DNA of 63,878 nt, the filler included, from Collodictyon triciliatum (Eukaryota): the NCBI GenBank assembly GCA_043381765.1. It is 27 parts of 27 records of this genome, joined end to end, with 100 filler letters (N's around TTAATTAATTAA, not from the genome) between each part and the next. Parts side by side here need not be neighbours in the genome. Positions count along the whole stretch, not along the records: positions 55,558 to 57,864 come from JBHJMP010009124.1; positions 57,965 to 60,268 come from JBHJMP010009126.1; positions 60,369 to 62,671 come from JBHJMP010009127.1; positions 62,772 to 63,878 come from JBHJMP010009177.1; 23 more parts are not named here. One strand, given 5' to 3'. The position numbers and the translations under genes are program-made. Below the pieces are notes generated by a model, which did not search any database, was not told where the DNA came from, and was given only the letters and a program-made list of their open reading frames with translations. Below, piece after piece: positions 55,748 through 63,878 of the stretch (its first letter is position 1; every line of letters starts with the position of its first letter).

Positions 55748-57850
55748 GTGTTCATCCAAATGCCTGTTTCAGCATCAGGCTCCCAAACGACCATAGTTCT
55801 ATCCATAGATGCAGACAGAAGAACTTGTGAAGTGACACCTAAGTCGAATGTTGAACTTGGTAAATGTCGCTATCTTCTAATCTTTCTTTTTAGATTTTTT
55901 TTTTTCTTGGAGGGGCAAGAACAAATTCATATGAATCTATGCCTGTCTCTGGGTTAGGAGGCTTCCAACAAATTGAATGTACCCAATCTTCATGTCCCTG
56001 TGACACAAAGTTCATATAGTAAAGAAAACTTTTGCGATGTTGGTCCCAAAATTTTAGGAAAGATTTTTTTTTTTAAAAAAAAGTATTCAAATGTGTACTA
56101 AACCTGAAGTACAGATTCTAAGAACATAGAGTAATAGAAGTGCCTTTCGCCGCGTTTGACAGACACTAAAGTACCCTTGGTACTCAAAGACAGGCTTTAA
56201 ATATATATATATATATTTGTGAGCGAAAAAAAATATTCGAGAATTGAAGTATGTGTGTGTATAAGCTCGTTTATAATATTTGCTCCATCAATAAGAGGTT
56301 TGACCCTATCGCATGCTTGATTCCACTCTTAATTTAAGAGGATTATGATTGCCTAAAATATTAGACTATTATTTGAGAAAAAACCTTCTTATATCTCCAT
56401 TATAGTTTGCTCCGCCAAATGATTGTACAAGTGGATTAGAATCATCCAAGGATTCCAACTTCCACAATCGTATGTGAGTGTCCTACGATCAGATTTTGTT
56501 TGATATTATTTTTAAAAGGTTTGAGGACAATTTAGAAACATAAGTATTCAATTACTCTATTTTCTGACAACAGGCGATAATAGTAAGATAAAATAATATA
56601 GAGAATAATACATCAAATCATTATAATAATAGTAGTAATAGTAACAGTAATAATGAGGACAGGATAGAGTTGCGGATTGCTATGATAAAATAAGTGAAGA
56701 AAATGGAGGGGAGGGAGCATAAATAGGGAGGTATAGAAGAATCTCTTTGGAGAAAAAAAAACCTGCGAGCTGCTAGCAAGTAAAGTGAAGCTCCCAAAAG
56801 GATTTGAGAAAGACAAGCTGTCAACCCAATCTGTATGCCCTCTAAGTGAAGGAATTTTCACAAACTAGGATGATTTTTTTTTAAAAAAAAAAAGGTTGAA
56901 ATTAATGTGTGATAGGGGAAAGAAGAGAACCTCTCGTATATACCAACATTTACATTTTAAAAAAAAAAAACAGAATTAAGTGGAGGTTATCTAACATGTT
57001 TTCTGCTGTTTTGAACAATAAGAAGTACCTTGGTGGACTCTGATTGAACATACATATGAATTGCGCCGTCCATACCACCAAAAGATACAAATACGGAATC
57101 CGAATCTATAGATAAAGCATAGAGGACGAACGTCTCGTTAGTACATGGTCGACAAAAAATATGCATGTAATCTTCGTGAAGGCGTGGTACAAGCTTCGGT
57201 AGTATGCACCATTCATGAGGTTCATATAATTATTGTTTAGAGAACCCATCTCGACATACCTTGAAGAATGGATAAACTTGTACATAGCATCATTTTGGGG
57301 AAGAAGGAGAATTCATCAAGACACAAAAATTTGTATACTGAGTGCTCCCCTTCATCTAATTAATTAAAAAATATGGTTGATGTCATGAATAAGACAAAGT
57401 AACTAACTTCATTATTTTTACCTGAAAATACTCTCCAGATTTTGACAGTAGAATCTGCACTCGTACTGTTCGAGTTTGGTTTGGATGCAGATGATAATTA
57501 TAACGACGCCAGTAGTGGTGATGATAATGATAATGAAAATGATTATGATTATGATAATGATAATGATAATGATAATGATAATGATAATGATAATGATAAT
57601 GATAATGATAATGATAATGATAATGATAATGATAATGATAACGATAATGATAATGATAACGATAATGATAATGATAATGATAATGATAATGATAATGATA
57701 ATGATAATGATAATGATAATGATAATGATAATGATAATGATAGTGGATGCAGCATGCATTTCTTGAAGTCCGTTAGAACTTCGATGTAACCAACAAGAGT
57801 GTAATATGAACCGAATAAAGAATAATAGTGACTATGTGAAAACATTACCT
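55748..57850 (-). CDS. ELP2: Elongator subunit 2 (WD40), internal exons
   Basis: [14 protein letters not shown]...[26 protein letters not shown] and [22 protein letters not shown] match Elp2 repeats. Confidence 0.85.
57527..57742. repeat. (GATAAT)n microsatellite, an example of the many intronic and contig-end simple repeats in the window
   Basis: Directly visible. Other arrays include (CA)n at 2238-2302, (TATG)n at 7270-7377, (ATTTTATTCT)n at 16947-17116 and (TCTTTG)n at 21529-21677. Confidence 0.95.
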
Positions 57851-58256
57851 TGATATGATTATATNNNNNNNNNNNNNNNNNNNNNNNNNNNNNNNNNNNN
57901 NNNNNNNNTTAATTAATTAANNNNNNNNNNNNNNNNNNNNNNNNNNNNNNNNNNNNNNNNNNNNAAACAAAAAAACAAAAAAACAAAAAAACAAAAAAAC
58001 AAAAAAACAAAAAAACAAAAAAACAAAAAAACAAAAAAACAAAAAAACAAAAAAACAAAAAAAGAATATAGAACTAGAGACCAAAAATGTACCAGCAAAA
58101 CACAAGATCTAAGGCATGCGAACAGTATTTGTTGGTTCCCTTTTTCTCAGAAATGGCTAAGAAATCTTGCGCTCAATTGAGCTCTTATCGTGCATTCATG
58201 AACCTTTGCTCTTACCCCTCTTTCTCTTAAAAAAAAACTCTATTCGAAACAGACAG

Positions 58257-60165
58257 GTTTGCGAGATTCATCGGAGGCGGAGACAGGAAGGATTTGGTGT
58301 ATCTACTAATGTCTTTGAACACGTAATAATTCTCTCTTTTTTTTTTGTATATACTGGAAAACAAGACAATAATACATATACGAATTTGTGATATTACTTT
58401 TCATTTACCTATTTATCGAGTTATTGGATTGATAAAAAATGATTATTTTTTCATGGAAAGATACCTTGTTTGCTAGTACATCACGTTCCTTCTTAAATTC
58501 GATTTAAACTGATGTGTTCCACCATAGTTACTCTCGCAATCCGTCTACACTTCTACCAGCGACCCATGCTTCTCGTAGCGAGGCTTTGCGCGTATTGGAG
58601 GACACAATGACCAGTATTATGGCTGGTTCGAAGAGTCAGTTGATTGTATCTCACATGAGACGATATTACGGTAATTTGACAAACCCTTTGATTGCGATAT
58701 TAGCATCCCAATTTAAGCTTATCTCCAATTTTATCTCCAATTACTCACGCATGTTTTTGTTTTCTCCTTCATATTTTGTTCCCATGAATTTTACCATAAC
58801 CAGATATGATCAGAACCGAGGCTGACCCATCCAAACTGTCAGTGATTAACGTTATTTACGTTCTTCAGCTTTCTTTCTTAAAAAATACACTTTTCTATCA
58901 CTGCTTGATCCACCAATTCACTAGCAAATCATATATGGTTATAGATTAATTAAAAAAAACCTAATAGAAAACAAGAATTTATATTCAATGCGCTTATCTT
59001 ATCAGTGGAGATGAACCGTTCGAAAATGTCTGACAAAATTCTGCGTTGTCTGCAGGTTTGCATCTTGAATCAAGTGAATTATAGCATAATGAGCCAAATT
59101 TTCGATAATCTATTAATATTTTTTTAAGGTCAGCACTATCCTCTCATCCTCTTATTGACGCTATTACTTTCAGATATACATATCATAATATCGGGATACT
59201 GAAAGTGTCTGTTTCATACAAAATCGACTCAACCCCTAAAAAAAAAAAAAATCACTGATAGAAATTAGTCGACCTGGGCGTGCTTCGTGTATCGCATGAT
59301 ATGGAGTTCTCCCCTGTGGCTGCGATGGCATCACCAGGTTAGACGCTGAATTCGCAAGGATCAGATATATTTTTTCTATCCTAAATTCGTCAAACAAAAG
59401 CTTACTTTAAATAACAAAAAAAAAATAAATAAAAATAACACCATATATTTTACTCTATTTCTTTTCAAATTTACTTAGCAATTATGTTGTATGACAGGAA
59501 GTAATCGCCTTGGAAGTTTTGTGACCCCCCAAATGTCTGGATCTCTTCCTCCTATCGTGACCTTGGATATATTTGTGGAATACTTGTGTAATTCCAGAAA
59601 AATAAGCACAGAATCAACCCAAATATCTCTTATTAAGGTCCTAGCCTCTTCCTTCTTCCTTCTTCCTTCTTCCTTCCTCCTTCTCTTCCGTTCGGTTTTC
59701 AACGAATGTCATAATCAGCATCCTTATATATATTCACCTTTTTATTCTTATTTTTACTCTTCCTTTCAATTTTGTATTCTTTTTTATTATTATAATAATA
59801 ATTCATATTAAATGCAAGTGATGTCGATTAATCGAGAGGTTTTCCAGTTTTAGTCATTCTATTTTTCACCACTCTTTAGTTCCTACATTGTCTTGTTGCG
59901 TCAAGTGAATGCGATATTCACGACTATGCCCTCATGAAGATTCTCCAAACTTTCTTTACTCTGGCGCATATCACAACAAAGTATCCGAATGTTCAAGCTG
60001 TCGCAAAAGAGAACTTGGATAGGGTTGTCTACTTGATTCAATATCGTCTTGACCGGCACCTCAGTAGCCTTTCTGTTCCCCTATCAAAGCAAATTGGTTC
60101 CTCGCATGTTGCTCCTTCTTTTACTGGAGAAGGTATTCAAAATAACGCCACAATTCGATTCGTCG
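58257..60165 (+). CDS. Multi-exon gene fragment, unknown probably alpha-helical protein
   Basis: Several GT-AG-bounded open exons (e.g. SEALRVLEDTMTSIMAG; PIVTLDIFVEYLCNS; LMKILQTFFTLAH...YLIQYRL). Family not recognised. Confidence 0.55.
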
Positions 60166-60174
60166 CTTTATTAA

Positions 60175-60268
<94 letters not shown>

Positions 60269-60561
60269 NNNNNNNNNNNNNNNNNNNNNNNNNNNNNNNN
60301 NNNNNNNNNNNNTTAATTAATTAANNNNNNNNNNNNNNNNNNNNNNNNNNNNNNNNNNNNNNNNNNNNAAAAGAAAAAAAAAAAAAAAAAGAAAAAAAAG
60401 AAAAAAAAGAAAAAAAAGAAAAAAAAGAAAAAAAAGAAAAAAAAGGAAAAAAGGAAAAAAGAAAAAAAGAAAAAAAGAAAAAAAAAGGAAAAAACAGAAA
60501 ACTGTAAAAAAAAAAACAAAACAAAAAACAAAAAAAACAGACCTAACAGAAAGGACTCTCG

Positions 60562-60975
60562 ATGGCGGACTCAACCGTGAAAGGTAGAACATTTGCTTCA
60601 CTAAAATCATCCTCCCCGCTTGAACCTCGATTCGCGTTCATCGTTTCTCTCCTCGTGAACTCTCTAGCCCATGCGGCAAAAAAAAGCTGCTTGCAGTGCT
60701 TCCCTCTTCATTTCTTTCCAGGGTTCCCTTTCTCTCTCGCCCGTCGCCTGTACACTTGTTTTCACTAATGTCTCTTTGTGCCCAGTTTCTGTAAAGTGGG
60801 GGAAGTTCAAGTATGACGACTTGGAGATCGGACTGGACGATGCGCTCGAAGTGTTTCAGCTGCAGCTTTACAGCCTGACAAACGTCCTGCCAGAGAAACA
60901 AAAGATCCTTACCAAAGGACAAATGGTGAAGGTGGGCGATCTTTCTCAATTTTCATGTAGCCTTATTCACACGTT

Positions 60976-61027
<52 letters not shown>

Positions 61028-62533
61028 CGAAAAAAAAAGCGTTTGTCTATTCATCGAAACTCATCATGTGTATTACACCAGCTGAAATGATAAGTGTCCA
61101 AGTGCATTGGACATATTTTACACACTCATCACCTTGATTCTGATCCTTTATGTGAATAATTGGGTTAACTTACTCACTTGTAAACACCCTCTGTCTATGC
61201 ATCACGCGCTAAACAGCCTACCACAAATTGGAGAACTTTGGGAGTCAAAAATGTAACAGCTTTTTTTTAAAACATCAGTATCTGATATACCTAACATATA
61301 TCATATCGAGATAAAGCGTTCATGTATACATCTTGCATGAGCTTACCAAACAGGAAAACCCCAGCAGATGCTTTCTCTCTACTTCCTACATATAACCAAT
61401 CAATCCCCGACTTTTTACCCTCTCATTGAACTACATCTCTGAGTGCAAAGTTTTGATTCATTTCCAGGGCCATCAATTCGTCCTGATGGGAACTGCAGAG
61501 TCTTCAGCAGCACCCGAGACAGCTCAGGCAGAGGCCAGCTCTGCGCCTGTCGTTGAAAAGCCGAGTGAAGTTGTGGAGGTCAGTTTTCCGTACTTTCTAG
61601 CGACCAATCAATACATCCCATGGAAGCTTTTGCCTGTTACCCTAAAGGAATTCTAGCATCTCAGGTAGAAGAGAAAAAATATCCTGTTGGTCTCATGAAT
61701 CTGGGAAACATGTGTTATGTGAACGCTACTCTTCAGTGCCTGGCTACAGTTCCGGAGTTGATTCAAGCTATGGCTAGGTTCACCAATAATTACGAGACTC
61801 TTTGTTGTTGCTGCGATTGATTGACTAGAATAGGAAGATAAGTTATACATATGGTCATTATTTTCGATTTAATGAAACACCTTAGCGGCATGCCCTGTAT
61901 ATTGGATGTAATATGCGTATTTGAGAGGGGTTTCTGTGTGCCCTAAATCACTCACTGTACAGAATGCCAGCCGATGCTCAGGGGCTCGATGGAAATACTC
62001 GCATTGTGGTCATGCAGTCTCAACTTTTCAGGTATATGAAAACTGCTCAAAATGCCATCCCTCCATTTGTTTTCTGGACGGTAAGAGTTTAAATCACCCC
62101 TTCATTTTTTTTTATTCTCGTTCTACTTTTAGTCGCCATCATTATGCCATAATTGTCTTCAACATCCATTAAAGTTATACTCGTGAAACATGCCACTCTC
62201 GAAATTTTACAGAAAAAATACACTCCTTCCATATTCTCTTGTCCCTATTTACCTTGCTTATTTTTCCCTCTTTCAAGAAATGGCAACTGCGTTAATTATG
62301 TGCGTATTTGCTACATAAGGGTTGCTTTGAGGCTCATATTGCTGTTCTTGTCCCAATTCCCATAGGCGTTGAAGCTTGTGTTCCCTCAATTTTCGCAAAC
62401 AACACCAGCCGGTCAGCCCATGCAGCAGGACGCAGAAGAATGCCGGAGTCAGCTCGTCACAATTGTGAAACAGCGCTTTGGCCAGTCAGTAGAAAACGCT
62501 GTCGATCGATTGTTTGGCGGCGAATTAGAAACA
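60562..62533 (+). CDS. USP14: Ubiquitin-specific protease USP14/Ubp6, 3'-partial
   Basis: N-terminal UBL (VSVKWGK...LYSLTNVLPEKQKI, LMGTAE), Cys box GLMNLGNMCYVNATLQCL, FPQF and MQQDAEEC. Confidence 0.93.
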
Positions 62534-63878
62534 GTAAATAGCCGATGCTTTTTGAACAGATGTCGGAGTTTTTGACCTTCCCATTTGAAATGAATGCGCA
62601 TGTGCTCAATGGATGTTTATGAGCAGGGTTGTTTGTACCGAAGGCAGTGAGGCTCCCCAAGCAGGTATCGANNNNNNNNNNNNNNNNNNNNNNNNNNNNN
62701 NNNNNNNNNNNNNNNTTAATTAATTAANNNNNNNNNNNNNNNNNNNNNNNNNNNNNNNNNNNNNNNNNNNNGACTGAACAGCCTCTTTAAAAATTGGACT
62801 TCATCTTTTTTTTTTTTTATTTAATTAAAAAAAAAAAAAAAAAAAAAAAAACAGTAGCAAAGCAGGATTTAATGCAAATGTAAGTCAAACAAAATAGGAT
62901 TAAAAATAGTTAACTAGAGAAAATCAACCTTTCTGGTTTGCAGTCTTTTCGGGCGCAGAGACCCTACAGGCAAGAAAAGCTGCTACTGCTGCTACTGCAG
63001 AGGAGGCGGCGGCAAATGCAGCAAACGTCGCTCGAGGACTCTTATCAGGCCCCGGGGAAGCAGAAAGGAGGCGAGTGGGTTGCGGTGACTTCCAGACGTG
63101 ACCGATCGTCACACGGGACTGGGAGAATGCGGCTCTGCAGGGAAGACGCAACACAACAGCCATCGTCCTCCTTTGGAAACAGTCACGTTTCAGAAGGGTA
63201 AAAAAAAAAGAAAAAAAGAAAAAAAGAAAAAAAAGAAAAAAAAAGAAAAAAAAGAAAAAAAAGAAAAAAGAAAAGGAGAAAAGAAGAAAAAAAGAAAAAA
63301 AGAAAAAAAAGAAAAAAAGAAAAAAAGAAAAAAGAAAAAAGAAAAAAAGAAAAAAAGAAAAAAAGGAAAAAAGAAAAAAAGAAAAAAAGAAAAGAAATAA
63401 TAAAAGTAAAGTATATCCCTGTCACTCAAGCGAGGGGGGCCATTCCAGTGATTCTCGGGTGTTGAACGGGCAGCTCTGTCGTTTGTTGTCTGTGACGTGG
63501 GTGCCGCGGTTGAGTAACACGTTTTCCGAGGTTTTGTTCGCTGACTTTGGCAACCAGAAAGTCACACGCATTGTACTTTCAGTGAAATGGTCCGAATGTG
63601 TCGCTTTATTCCAACACAATCAAGTGGCAGGGCGCGGGCCAAACAGCATTTTGCGAGGGCTGCGTAGATGTGGTTCGCCCAGCAAGATGCAAGGTGGGAT
63701 GATTGCGGAGTAGGAAGAGAAATGATGCGGGATTCTGACTTAAATTTTTCCTCTTTTCTTTTTACCATGTTGATATTGTTTTATTCGCTTTATCTTAAGA
63801 GGAGGGAATGTAGCGACCCTGACTCCTTGCGTTGCTCACTATTTTTTCGTATACTTCACTCGGGTTATCCACAAAAAA

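Noticed and set aside
63425-63720. GC-richer stretch with weak resemblance to non-LTR element sequence (similar cases at 22185-22650 and 16700-16846)
   Set aside because: The resemblance is limited to a few residues and interrupted by stops; it is not supportable without a search.

Overview
This window is not one locus. It is 27 unlinked contigs, mostly ~2.3 kb and in roughly decreasing length, joined by an artificial 100-nt linker (N44-TTAATTAATTAA-N44), so no synteny can be read across linkers. The source is an AT-rich, microsatellite-rich, intron-rich eukaryote using the standard code, probably a flagellated protist. By splicing exons by hand I recognise fragments of these genes: a plant-like CMP-Kdo synthetase (KdsB), alanine aminotransferase, a RhoGAP, RNase P/MRP Rpp40, a PLOD-type glycosyltransferase, a cAMP-receptor/GCR1-like GPCR, CSN2, PCID2, a SulP transporter, a Rap/Ras GTPase, DMAP1, a cyclic-nucleotide-domain K+ channel, a spastin/fidgetin-like AAA ATPase, GGPP synthase, Elp2 and USP14. 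There are also pieces of an L1/Tx1-like non-LTR retrotransposon. The most interesting signals are four. (1) Three intronless, gene-dense contigs encode proteins I cannot place; two of them are homologous copies (one decayed) of a ~1000-aa gene, suggesting a multicopy endogenous virus-like element. (2) A family of 20-33 nt insertions with the core TTGAATCGAATAAAGG(G)An, each flanked by an 11-18 nt direct repeat, occurs six times, always in introns. (3) Rpp40 contains an AT-AC U12-type intron. (4) A spliced, plant-like Kdo-activation gene occurs in a Ras/Rap-encoding eukaryote. All family assignments come from motif recognition, not from database searches.
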